A DNA stretch of 62,009 bases, filler included, from Nitrospinae bacterium RIFCSPLOWO2_12_FULL_45_22 (GTDB taxonomy: Bacteria > 2-12-FULL-45-22), in assembly GCA_001803565.1 (NCBI GenBank). It is 7 parts of 7 records of this genome, joined end to end, with 100 filler letters (N's around TTAATTAATTAA, not from the genome) between each part and the next. Parts side by side here need not be neighbours in the genome. Positions count along the whole stretch, not along the records: positions 46,629 to 52,097 come from MHDQ01000168.1; positions 52,198 to 62,009 come from MHDQ01000169.1; 5 more parts are not named here. One strand, given 5' to 3'. Below are positions 51,106 through 60,269 of the stretch, in pieces (position 1 is the stretch's first letter; the number at the start of each line of letters is the position of its first letter). The position numbers and the translations under genes are program-made. The notes below the pieces were generated by a model that was not told where the DNA came from, did no database searches, and worked only from the letters and a program-made list of their open reading frames with translations.

Positions 51106-51795
51106 ATGAGGAAATTACTCTATGTGCCCATTATTCATACTGCACCCGATTTAGGAAGTATTGCGCCATTGATCGAGCAGAGAAGTAGCGAGATATGCGG
51201 AAAAGAGCGCTGGGATAAGCATAAAGAGACAGTCTACCTATTCTGGGATTCCCTAAGCCGATACTTTGACACGGTAAAAGCCCCTGAGCTTAAGATCTAT
51301 CAGGACGGTTTAATGGCTTCTGGCGAGTTAGGCAGAAAGATCATAGAAGAAGGGGCTGCCAGGGGAAGCAAGAATCACCAAATTGTCCTTAAATTGATCC
51401 AGAGAGATGGGGAGATCAGGAAGACCGAGGACGTCTCTCTCCTTAAAAAAGAATATGATTACATCCTCAGATTAGCTCAAACTAAATCCCCTTTTGAAAA
51501 AGGGTTGGTCTATTTTGGATATAAGCGTGATAAGTATAGGCTGCTGGAGGAAAGGGATAAATTTGTGGCCAATACTATTAATGAAACCTTAAAAGAAGGA
51601 GAATTTGGGGTTCTTTTTATCGGGGTTTATCATGATGTGCTGCACCGGCTTGCCAGAGATATTATTGTCCGGGAAGTAAAAGAAAGGGAGAAGGTGAAGG
51701 CCTATTTTGAAGAACTCCTGCACGGAGGGGATGATGATAGATTTAACCAGCTTGCTGAGTATCTAGCCTCACCCGTGAGCAGTGAATCGTTTTGA
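51106..51795 (+). CDS. Hypothetical protein in the gas vesicle cluster
   Basis: 229-aa ORF tightly in operon; YVPIIH...DLGS, KIYQDGL, GSKNH, ERDKFVANTINETL, LFIGVYH. Confidence 0.75.
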   Translation: MRKLLYVPIIHTAPDLGSIAPLIEQRSSEICGKERWDKHKETVYLFWDSLSRYFDTVKAPELKIYQDGLMASGELGRKIIEEGAARGSKNHQIVLKLIQRDGEIRKTEDVSLLKKEYDYILRLAQTKSPFEKGLVYFGYKRDKYRLLEERDKFVANTINETLKEGEFGVLFIGVYHDVLHRLARDIIVREVKEREKVKAYFEELLHGGDDDRFNQLAEYLASPVSSESF

Positions 51796-51969
51796 CATTG
51801 TCAAATTAGATAAATCCTAAATCCTAAACAAATTCAAATGACCAAAATTCAAAAGTATAAAAATGGTTTTGAGATTTGGATTTGGGATTTTGATATTGTT
51901 TAGGATTTAGTGCTTGGGATTTAGAATTTGGTCAGCCCGGTTGCTATCCAGTAAATGTGACATTGTCAA
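51793..51969. repeat. MITE-like palindromic element flanked by 12-bp direct repeats
   Basis: TGACATTGTCAA at 51793-51804 and 51958-51969 enclose inverted arms TAAATCCTAAACAA... / ...TTGTTTAGGATTTA. Confidence 0.7.
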
Positions 51970-52003
51970 GCTATTTTGGCTAAGCAAAATCCCTGGAGAG
52001 GAT

Positions 52004-52097
52004 ATGGCCGGAGAAGGAAGATATATTTATTGCGTAATAGGGACGGATCAAGAGAGAAACTTTGGCCTTATGGGTATTGGCGGTCGGGGGGACGAGG
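52004..52097 (+). CDS. GvpL/GvpF family gas vesicle protein, 3' truncated
   Basis: GGAGAGG RBS; MAGEGRYIYCVIGTDQERNFGLMGIGGRGDE is homologous to the N-terminus of 50029. Confidence 0.8.
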
Positions 52098-52197
52098 NNN
52101 NNNNNNNNNNNNNNNNNNNNNNNNNNNNNNNNNNNNNNNNNTTAATTAATTAANNNNNNNNNNNNNNNNNNNNNNNNNNNNNNNNNNNNNNNNNNNN
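52098..52197. other. Artificial contig linker
   Basis: N-run + TTAATTAATTAA + N-run. Confidence 0.98.
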
Positions 52198-52559
52198 ACC
52201 AGGGGTAGCAGGCCAATAAAAAAGACCATCGCTGCAACTGCGAGGGGATAAATTAACTCTGATGGCAAAAAAATTAGTGGGCTTTTATCTTTAGCAAAGA
52301 TTGCTGCGCTCAGGCTGATCAATAAAGCGAGGAGCAGTGGCACCCAGAAATGATCCCTGGTCGCCAGGCCTACCCAACCCAGATACGTGGCTATCGTAAC
52401 TAGAAAGGCATAACCCACTAAAGGCATAACCAGAATGGCATAGGCCCCATGGCGCCTGGGTAACAAGAGCCGGGTCAAGCCATAGCCGCTAAATACCAGG
52501 ATCAGGAAGGATAAAGAACCCAGGCTAAAGATTTTTAATACCAGGATTAAAGTAGACAT
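52198..52559 (-). CDS. Hypothetical multi-pass membrane protein, 3' truncated
   Basis: Four hydrophobic segments in 120 aa; AAGG RBS. Confidence 0.7.
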
Positions 52560-52988
52560 ATACCTTTTGCTGCCTCAGTTAAGGATGTCAGACGAGATGC
52601 CTGACCTGTTTCCCATCTCGTTTGCCGCTTCGTAACTCCTTTCTCAACTACGCCCTAATTCACCCTTGTTAGGTTAGCATTTTACCAGATTTAAGACAAA
52701 AATATCTACCTTGGGATGGCCCTTTTAATAGAAATAAGAATAAAATAGCCTCTCAGGCCAGGCATAATAGATAGCCACCGCATCTCTGTACAGATATGCA
52801 CTCATTGATATATTCCCGGTATACTCTCCCTTGTCCTCCATGAGAGAGGGAAAGAGAGGGCGCATCTTAGCCATAAGAGAAATCAGTTTCCTCCTCCTTT
52901 TTTTGTTGAACTTCCCAGGGAAAAAGTGTTACCCTATTTTCATCTGATTTTTATAATTTCTTTGTAGCCAAAACAGTGAGGGGTTACT

Positions 52989-54062
52989 ATGGCAGAATGG
53001 ATTCTATCTAGCGGTAATGAAGCCGCAGCCCGGGGGGCAATTCAAGCTGGCTGTAAATACTTCTTTGGCTATCCGATCACCCCACAAAATGAGATTGCAG
53101 AATTTTTGTCTGAGGAATTGCCTAAGATAGGAGGAGTTTATCTTCAGTCTGATGGCGAAGGAGCCGCAGCATATATGCTCTTCGGCGGGGCACTAACCGG
53201 ACAAAGGGTAATGACAGCGACCTCAAGCCCTGGTTTTAGCCTGATGCACGAAGCAATCTCGCATATGGCTATGGTTGAGGCGCCAGCAGTAATCATTGAA
53301 GTTATGCGGCTGGGCCCAGGCGCAGGTACAGGGGGGCAACAAGGTCAGACAGATTACCGCCAGATGACTAAAGGTGGGGGCCATGGTGCTTACCGTAATA
53401 TTGTCCTTGCCCCTTATACGGTCCAAGAAATCTTTGACTTCACCCAGTTGGCTTTCTATCTGGCCGATAAGTATCGTATCCTGGTAATAGTAGCTACAGA
53501 TTTTATTTTAGGCCGGATGACTGAGAGGGTGAATCTCAGGTCACTCAATTTTCCTCCGCTGCCAGCTAAAGATTGGGCTCTAAAAGGTAAAGACCAAAAA
53601 GACGGGAAGAGCGATCATCATATGTCTGCACTGGTTTTCGGTGGGATTCCAGAGTTTTTTCAGCACCAGACGGAAAAACATCAACGAATCATAGAGGAAG
53701 AGACCAGGGTTGAAAACTATCAGGCTGAGAATGCCAGGCTTATCATCATTGCCTACGGCTCGACGGCCAGGGCAGCCCGCCGGGCTGTGAATATAGCACG
53801 GAAAAACGGACTTGAGGTGGGCTTACTCAGACCCATAACCTTATGGCCCTTTCCTAAGGAAGCAATTAAGAAAGCCGCTTCGAGGGCTGAGAAAGTTTTG
53901 GTAGTAGAAGATAGTCCAGGAGAGTTAGTAGAGGATGTGGAGGCCGCGGTTTTAGAGCAGGTTCCAGTCCATCTCCTTGGTATCTGGGCAAGACACCATT
54001 CAGGTCCCTCAGGTTTAATCTATCCCGAGCGAATATTTCAAGAGATCAAGGCACTGATATGA
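52989..54062 (+). CDS. 2-oxoacid:ferredoxin oxidoreductase alpha subunit (VorB-like)
   Basis: GNEAAARGA, FFGYPITPQ, ATSSPGFSLMHE, GGGHG, RPITLWPFP. Confidence 0.9.
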   Translation: MAEWILSSGNEAAARGAIQAGCKYFFGYPITPQNEIAEFLSEELPKIGGVYLQSDGEGAAAYMLFGGALTGQRVMTATSSPGFSLMHEAISHMAMVEAPAVIIEVMRLGPGAGTGGQQGQTDYRQMTKGGGHGAYRNIVLAPYTVQEIFDFTQLAFYLADKYRILVIVATDFILGRMTERVNLRSLNFPPLPAKDWALKGKDQKDGKSDHHMSALVFGGIPEFFQHQTEKHQRIIEEETRVENYQAENARLIIIAYGSTARAARRAVNIARKNGLEVGLLRPITLWPFPKEAIKKAASRAEKVLVVEDSPGELVEDVEAAVLEQVPVHLLGIWARHHSGPSGLIYPERIFQEIKALI

Positions 54063-54077
54063 AAAAGGGAAAAAGAT

Positions 54078-54848
54078 ATGGATAGGCAGTTAATATATGG
54101 AAAACCCGGATTACTAACCGGGCCATCACTGCATCACTGCCCCGGGTGCCACTATGGGATTATTCTGGGCGTCTTATTCGAAGTTATTGAAGAGTTGGAC
54201 ATTGGGGGCCGCGCGATTGCGGTAACGGGTGGGGGCTGCACTGCTCGCTGGGCACGCTACCTGGATATCGATACTACCGGGGGGATTCATGGTCCCGGTC
54301 CGGCTATTGCCTCCGCCATTAAACGGATTTATCCTGAGAGCATAGTGTTTGTCGCCCAGGGTGATGGAGAGCAAGGGGCAATAGGTCTGGGTTACTTTAT
54401 GAATTCAGCCCTACGGGCGGAAAAGATTACCATTATGGGCTTTAATAATGCCTGCTTTGGAACCACAGGCGGCCAGATGGCACCGACTACTTTGCTGGGG
54501 ATGAAGACCTCTACCAGCCCCCTGGGCCGTAATCCCCAAACAGAAGGATTCCCTTTTCATGCGCCTGAGTTGATAGCTACCATAAAAGGGACGGCCTATG
54601 CGGCCCGCGTTAGTGTCCATACTTCCGCTAACCGCCAGCGGGCGAAAGCAGCCCTCAAGACCGCCTTTCAAAAGCAAATAGATGGTGTAGGCTTTAGTCT
54701 GGTGGAGTTTATTGCTGCCTGCCCTCCCAACTGGCATCTTAGCCCCGGGGATTGTCTGAAATTTATAGAGGAAAAAATGCTGGTGGAATTTCCCTTGGGG
54801 GATTTCAAGAACGTAGATACTATTGATTATTCTATGCCGGTCTTCTGA
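54078..54848 (+). CDS. 2-oxoacid:ferredoxin oxidoreductase beta subunit (TPP-binding)
   Basis: HCPGCHYG, QGDG, NNACFGTTGGQMAPTT, CPPNW. Confidence 0.9.
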   Translation: MDRQLIYGKPGLLTGPSLHHCPGCHYGIILGVLFEVIEELDIGGRAIAVTGGGCTARWARYLDIDTTGGIHGPGPAIASAIKRIYPESIVFVAQGDGEQGAIGLGYFMNSALRAEKITIMGFNNACFGTTGGQMAPTTLLGMKTSTSPLGRNPQTEGFPFHAPELIATIKGTAYAARVSVHTSANRQRAKAALKTAFQKQIDGVGFSLVEFIAACPPNWHLSPGDCLKFIEEKMLVEFPLGDFKNVDTIDYSMPVF

Positions 54849-54908
54849 CTTTGGTTTTATGTCAAAGCTAAAGAGTTACCAAAAGACCTTGTTAAAGAGG
54901 AAGAGGTT

Positions 54909-55481
54909 ATGGAGAAGAAAGAATCGCTCCTTTTTCAGGTAACGATTACGGGATTGGGGGGGCAAGGTGCTTTGCTGTTTGGTCAGTTATTGGCTGAGGC
55001 CGGGGCAACAAGGTTTAAGAATGTAAGTTTTTTTCCCCAATATGCCACCGTGATGCGGGGCGGCGAGAGTGAATGTACCGTGACTCTTTCCGAAGAAGAG
55101 ATAGATTCTCCCCTCGTGTTCGAACCGCAAACAGCCGTGGTTATGGCGGCTCCCCAGTTGAAACAGTTTGAAAAGAGGGTAGTGTCAGGAGGAATGATAT
55201 TTATAGATAGTTCAGTAATTACAGAAAAGATAGAGAGAAGAGATGTTAAGGTTTTCTATCTTCCAGCGACCAGGGCAGCGACTGAACTGGGTGATACTCG
55301 AGTGGCCAATTTAGTCTTTCTGGGGGCATATTTAGCGGCTACTGAAGCCATCCCTATAGAAGCTGTAGAGGAGATATTAGATAAACGGTTCAAAGGCAGA
55401 ATTAAAGAGACCTTACTGTCCTTAAATAAAAAAGCACTGAGAGCTGGGGCAAAACTGGTCATCGGGAAAAGGGAGGACTGA
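54909..55481 (+). CDS. 2-oxoacid:ferredoxin oxidoreductase gamma subunit
   Basis: GLGGQG, YATVMRGG, ANLVFLGA, NKKALRAG. Confidence 0.9.
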   Translation: MEKKESLLFQVTITGLGGQGALLFGQLLAEAGATRFKNVSFFPQYATVMRGGESECTVTLSEEEIDSPLVFEPQTAVVMAAPQLKQFEKRVVSGGMIFIDSSVITEKIERRDVKVFYLPATRAATELGDTRVANLVFLGAYLAATEAIPIEAVEEILDKRFKGRIKETLLSLNKKALRAGAKLVIGKRED

Positions 55482-55486
55482 GAGCA

Positions 55487-56509
55487 ATGGATTTTAAGGT
55501 AGTAATGACTATTGAATTTCCCGGCATACCTCCCGATGAGAATGCCTTTAGTCAGCTTGGAGCAATTTTTAGCAAGATACCGTGCCATTCCGAGGAGGAG
55601 ATTATTACGGCTGCCCATGATGCCGATGCGGTGATTACTATAGCAACAGTCCAATCTTTTCCGCGCAGGGTGATAGAGAGATTGAATAAATGCCGGATAA
55701 TAAGCAGTGTTGGAATCGGCTACGAGGGTATTGAGGTAAAAGCCGCTACCGAGCATGGTATCTTGGTAGTTAATACGCCTGATTATTGTTTAGAGGAGGT
55801 ATCGGACCATACCATGGCCCTAATTCTTGCCTGTGCTCGGAAACTGTTACCGCAGGACCAGGCAGTAAGGGCAGGAAAATGGAATTCTTTAGAAAGACCA
55901 GAAATACGCTTCAAGATATGGCCCCCCATGTCCAGACTGAGGGGGCAAACCCTGGGACTGATTGGATTCGGTCGTATACCCCGTACCCTTGTGCCTAAAG
56001 CCAAAGGCTTTGGTTTAAGGGTCATTGCCTATGACCCTTATGTCCCATCCAGTATAGCTGAAGCCCATGGAGTCGGATCAGTAGATTTGTCCGACTTACT
56101 CCGCCAATCGGATTATCTCTCCATACATGCCGCCCTTACTCCTGAGACAAAGCATCTGCTTGGATTAGAACAATTCAAGCAAATGAAGCCTACTGCTTAT
56201 CTGATTAATACTGCCCGGGGAGGGATTATAGATGAGCAAGCATTATATCTGGCCCTCTCGCAGGGCTATATTGCCGGAGCAGGGCTCGATGTATTAGACC
56301 CTGAACCTCCACAGCCTGATAATCCCCTATTAAAGCTGGACAATGTTGTCATTACTGCCCATGCGGCCCATTATTCTGACCAATCGGTTATAGAGTTGCG
56401 GCGGCGGCCAGTAGAAGAGGTAATTAGAGTATTAAAAGGTGAATGGCCCCTGGGGTTGGTTAATCCTGAAGCCAAAGAGAAATATCTCAGCAAATGGGGA
56501 AAGGGGTAA
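55487..56509 (+). CDS. D-isomer-specific 2-hydroxyacid dehydrogenase (CtBP-like)
   Basis: PDYCLEEVSDH, GLIGFGRIP, INTARGGIID, GLDVLDPEP, TAHAAHYS. Confidence 0.92.
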   Translation: MDFKVVMTIEFPGIPPDENAFSQLGAIFSKIPCHSEEEIITAAHDADAVITIATVQSFPRRVIERLNKCRIISSVGIGYEGIEVKAATEHGILVVNTPDYCLEEVSDHTMALILACARKLLPQDQAVRAGKWNSLERPEIRFKIWPPMSRLRGQTLGLIGFGRIPRTLVPKAKGFGLRVIAYDPYVPSSIAEAHGVGSVDLSDLLRQSDYLSIHAALTPETKHLLGLEQFKQMKPTAYLINTARGGIIDEQALYLALSQGYIAGAGLDVLDPEPPQPDNPLLKLDNVVITAHAAHYSDQSVIELRRRPVEEVIRVLKGEWPLGLVNPEAKEKYLSKWGKG

Positions 56510-56529
56510 ATTTTTATGTCTTGGTCTGG

Positions 56530-57861
56530 CTAGCAGCCATTGGCGGTTTTATAAGAATCCACCAATTCTAAAAAGGTATCTATTTGCCTCCTGGTTTGTT
56601 CCTCAGAATAAGTACGCACGTCCACGATGTCACTTTCCAGAAACATGACGGGCAGTTTTACATATTTCTGGATTAATTGCCGGTGATGGGTCTGGCCGAT
56701 AGTGGTAGCCCGGCAAGTCATAACTTGATGCATTACAACACCATCGGCCTTATACTCATCAAGCCAATCCAGGATAAGCTGAACATGCGGGTTTCCGCAA
56801 CCCTTCCGGGACCCCTCATACCGATATGTGAAGTGTCCAAATGCCCTATAAGCTAGCCGCTCCAGCGGATGAGTCACCAAGGGTGGGATATCTACCGACT
56901 CATAGGGGATATAGGCCGTTTCCCGGACAAAAACGGCACCCAGGGCCCCAAAATAATTGAACAGCTTCATGGTATGCCAGGGTGGTAATCCGCCACCCCA
57001 GAGCAGCCGATATTTTTCCTGGGGAACCACCCCTATTTTATTCTCTACGCGATATTTTAGTTCATCTCGCATCTCTCGATAAAAATCTCGGGCTTCCTGC
57101 GTACCTAACCAGAAGCGGCCCGGGACAAAGGTGCGGAAGTGATCTTCCGCCGGCATTGGGCAAGGGATAGCTTTGCGCAGCTGGTGACATTCTCGCCATA
57201 GCCGGTTTGTCTCCTCAGAGAGATCAATAATTTCATTTAATCGCTCCCAGTCCATCTTCTTCTTTGTTGCCTTTTCCAGAAAAGCGACCAGCCCCTTGAT
57301 CTCCTCTACCTGATATTTTATATAATAATCCCTGATTTCCCCCAGCTCGGCATCTACCGGGGGAATAACTACATCTATATTGTATATGGGAGTATCTTTG
57401 TAGCGCCCCAGTGCTTGATACCACTTATACCGGGGATCACACATGGCACTACTGCCCAATAACATATCTGGTTCGGCCATCCCCCCATCAGGGGCATCGG
57501 CAGGTATCTCTTCTAATTCCCGTCTTAAGGCATCAAAGCCAATCCCTGTAGTAGCATAGCTGCAAAGAAACATAGAATAGCCTTCAGCATCTGCTTTAGC
57601 CAAAAAGCGGTCAGCGTCCCGTTTGGTAGCACAAAGCCCTCCATAGTTTTCGGTCCAGATCGGCGTTACATCCATTGCCCGGAGGATTTCATCATATTGG
57701 GACATGACCATACAATAGGCTACTGGCCTCCCCTGCTTTTTTGCCTCGTGGGCCCGGGCATACATCTCTTTTACCAGGGGACGGACTTTCTTAGCACATT
57801 CCAGGGATTTTGTCGCTGAGGTTGGCTCCTCTAATGACCCCATATCCTTTTCCTCCTTCAA
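56530..57861 (-). CDS. 2-hydroxyacyl-CoA dehydratase subunit (HgdA/FldB/HadB or BcrB/BzdO-like)
   Basis: ENYGGLCA, FLCSYA, MCDPRYKWYQ, EKYRLLW, ADGVVMHQVMTCR, LESDIVD. Confidence 0.88.
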   Translation of the reverse strand: MKEEKDMGSLEEPTSATKSLECAKKVRPLVKEMYARAHEAKKQGRPVAYCMVMSQYDEILRAMDVTPIWTENYGGLCATKRDADRFLAKADAEGYSMFLCSYATTGIGFDALRRELEEIPADAPDGGMAEPDMLLGSSAMCDPRYKWYQALGRYKDTPIYNIDVVIPPVDAELGEIRDYYIKYQVEEIKGLVAFLEKATKKKMDWERLNEIIDLSEETNRLWRECHQLRKAIPCPMPAEDHFRTFVPGRFWLGTQEARDFYREMRDELKYRVENKIGVVPQEKYRLLWGGGLPPWHTMKLFNYFGALGAVFVRETAYIPYESVDIPPLVTHPLERLAYRAFGHFTYRYEGSRKGCGNPHVQLILDWLDEYKADGVVMHQVMTCRATTIGQTHHRQLIQKYVKLPVMFLESDIVDVRTYSEEQTRRQIDTFLELVDSYKTANGC

Positions 57862-59003
57862 CCAATCAGATCAATAAATGTTCGGACCTGGGTCCTTAAT
57901 CGTTCAGGGGCGGTTATCGCATAGTCTTCCTCAAGATATAAAATGGGCAGACCCATGGCCTCAAAATAGTCCTTCACATCAGGGACATCAAATCCATGGG
58001 TATCGCAGAACCTAATTATATACAGGATAACACCCTCCACTTTGAACTCAGTGGCATATTCTTTGAGATAACCAAACCTATTCTCCAGGTCTTCCGCATG
58101 GGTCCCTGTTCTGGGCTTATATGTACGAGGACAGGGGATCTTCATCAAATAATGACAAGCTAATGCCTCCAGTGGATCATCCCCTAACTCTACGTCATGC
58201 CAAAACTGTCTGGTGCCGGTGCAGAGGTCATCCATGACTATATCAGCACCACATTGCTCGATCAATTCAATAAAACCAGTATCATCGATTTCACTTCCGT
58301 AGATAAGAATCCTTGGCTTTTCTTCCCCGGGAAGCTCTTTCCGGGCAGCGACTTCCGGGATAATGCTCTTCAATAATTCATGATACTCTCTTGCTGGAAG
58401 GGTCATTCCGGCTATCAATATTTGGGTCGCTTCAACCCCGGAAAGCAGCGGTGGATTATGCCGACGAAACCGGTATAATTCCCTTAGTAAAGCCCTATTT
58501 TCATTATGCAGATGAATAGCCTGGACAAGGTTTTCAGGGGAAATCTCCTTTTGAGCATATCTCTCTAAACTCTGTTTAAATCTTTCCAGCTCCCTTTTGA
58601 AGAACTCTATAGAGGCAGTATGGGTCATATGAGGGACATCAATAAAATGAGAATAGGCTGGCTTAGCGTAATATTTCCAGATGTCATATATTCGCTGAAC
58701 ACTATCGCAGCTATGGGGCACCACCAAACCGTCGAGAAAATCATATTTACCCTTGACCGCTAGATCAAAGCAACTCCGGATGTAAGGACACATTAAGGTC
58801 TCTAGATAGGCATCGCCGCGGGTGACTTGCTCTTTTATATCCCCGGTAATTCTGCAGGGAACCAAATCGATAGCGGTCATCAATTCTATGGGAGGGAAGC
58901 AACAGAGATAGCCTATTATTTTTGATCCTGAAAGCCTTAAGTCTTCCGCCCTTCTGATTCTATTCTCATAAAGTTCTTTTACCCCGGCCAATCTCGATGC
59001 CAT
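57858..59003 (-). CDS. 2-hydroxyacyl-CoA dehydratase subunit (HgdB/FldC/HadC or BcrC/BzdN-like)
   Basis: IGYLCCFPPIEL, MCPYIRS, HSCDS, DDLCTGTR, RFCDTH. Confidence 0.88.
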   Translation of the reverse strand: MASRLAGVKELYENRIRRAEDLRLSGSKIIGYLCCFPPIELMTAIDLVPCRITGDIKEQVTRGDAYLETLMCPYIRSCFDLAVKGKYDFLDGLVVPHSCDSVQRIYDIWKYYAKPAYSHFIDVPHMTHTASIEFFKRELERFKQSLERYAQKEISPENLVQAIHLHNENRALLRELYRFRRHNPPLLSGVEATQILIAGMTLPAREYHELLKSIIPEVAARKELPGEEKPRILIYGSEIDDTGFIELIEQCGADIVMDDLCTGTRQFWHDVELGDDPLEALACHYLMKIPCPRTYKPRTGTHAEDLENRFGYLKEYATEFKVEGVILYIIRFCDTHGFDVPDVKDYFEAMGLPILYLEEDYAITAPERLRTQVRTFIDLIG

Positions 59004-59006
59004 ATC

Positions 59007-60224
59007 TTAAATCACTCCTTCTTTTCTTAGCTGGGTTATCTCTTCTTCAGAGTACTCACCCATTTCTCGGAGGACTTCGTTGGTATGTTCCCCTAGTTCC
59101 GGAGCCGGGAGCCTGATGGTAGCAGGAGTTCTACTGTACCGGACGGCAGAGCCCACCATTTTTATCTTACCGAGGACAGGGTGGTTAAAATCCGTTATAT
59201 ATTCATTCTCCACCACCTGAGGGTCAGAGGCTAAATCAGATACTTCTTGTATCTTCGCAAAAATAAAATCTCCTTTCTCTTGCAATATCTTTTCCCATTC
59301 TTCATAAGTCCTAGTCGCAAATGTTTTATCGAGGATGGAGATCAATTCCTGGCTATTCTCTTCCCGCTTGGTCATATTTTCGAAGCGGGAGTCTTTTTCC
59401 AGCTCTTCAATACCCAGAGCACGGCAGAAGTCGGCCCAGTACTTATCTGCTTGCAGATGCGCCAGGGCAATCCATCTACCATCTTTACACTGGTAATGAT
59501 TCCATAAGGGATTGTCAGCTTGAGCCCTGGGCATTCGGGGTAATACCTTTCCCACCAGGAGACTTGCAGCTACATTAAGCCCTTGTAAGGTGACCATACT
59601 GCCTAAATGTGATACATCTACTTCTTGACCTATTCCCAAGCGTTCCCGGGCAAGGAGGGCTGCAAGCACACCATAGGCCAACATTATCGCGCCCATTTGG
59701 TCGGTAATGCCGCCCGCCATCCCCAGGGGCGGCATCTCAGGTTCTCCTATAGCCGTCATTATTCCTGACCTGGCCAACCCCTGATAATCCATAGCTGGCT
59801 TCTCGCTGTCAGGGCCTTTCAGACCATACCCAGAAGCTGTAGCATAGATAATCTTCGGATTATATTGCGATAGAGTGGCATAATCCATACCCAGTCTGGT
59901 AGCAACTCCTTTACGAAAGTTTTGCACAAACACATCTGCTTTCTTTACCAGTCGATAGATAATCTCTCTACCCTTCTCTTTCTTCAAGTCCAGGGCAAGA
60001 CTCTTTTTATTGTGGTTATTGTATTCAAAATAGAAATTCCTTCCCCCAGCTAACAGGGTAGATATCCCTCTGGCCCTCTGTAATCCTCTACCAGGATCAC
60101 CACCAGCCCTATCTTCTATCTTAATAACCTCGGCACCCAAATCCCCCAGCAATGCCGTAGCAACTGGCCCCTGCTGCCAGACTGTCCAATCAAGAATACG
60201 TATCCCTTCGAGTAGCATACTCAT
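59007..60224 (-). CDS. Class III CoA-transferase (CaiB/BaiF family)
   Basis: LEGIRILDW, LGDLGAEVIKIE, NKKSLALDLK, ADVFVQNFR, APELGEHT. Confidence 0.95.
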   Translation of the reverse strand: MSMLLEGIRILDWTVWQQGPVATALLGDLGAEVIKIEDRAGGDPGRGLQRARGISTLLAGGRNFYFEYNNHNKKSLALDLKKEKGREIIYRLVKKADVFVQNFRKGVATRLGMDYATLSQYNPKIIYATASGYGLKGPDSEKPAMDYQGLARSGIMTAIGEPEMPPLGMAGGITDQMGAIMLAYGVLAALLARERLGIGQEVDVSHLGSMVTLQGLNVAASLLVGKVLPRMPRAQADNPLWNHYQCKDGRWIALAHLQADKYWADFCRALGIEELEKDSRFENMTKREENSQELISILDKTFATRTYEEWEKILQEKGDFIFAKIQEVSDLASDPQVVENEYITDFNHPVLGKIKMVGSAVRYSRTPATIRLPAPELGEHTNEVLREMGEYSEEEITQLRKEGVI

Positions 60225-60269
60225 TGACCTTGACCTCCTTGTTTATGATAGATTAACCTAAATCAGGGA

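Noticed and set aside
51914-52003. N-terminal extension of the last gvpL/F ORF
   Set aside because: It begins within the palindromic element; RBS and homology support ATG 52004.
52560-52988. Long divergent intergenic region with a purine/pyrimidine hairpin near 52824-52860, possible ncRNA or riboswitch
   Set aside because: No recognisable RNA family motif, and the hairpin is too degenerate to call without a covariance search.
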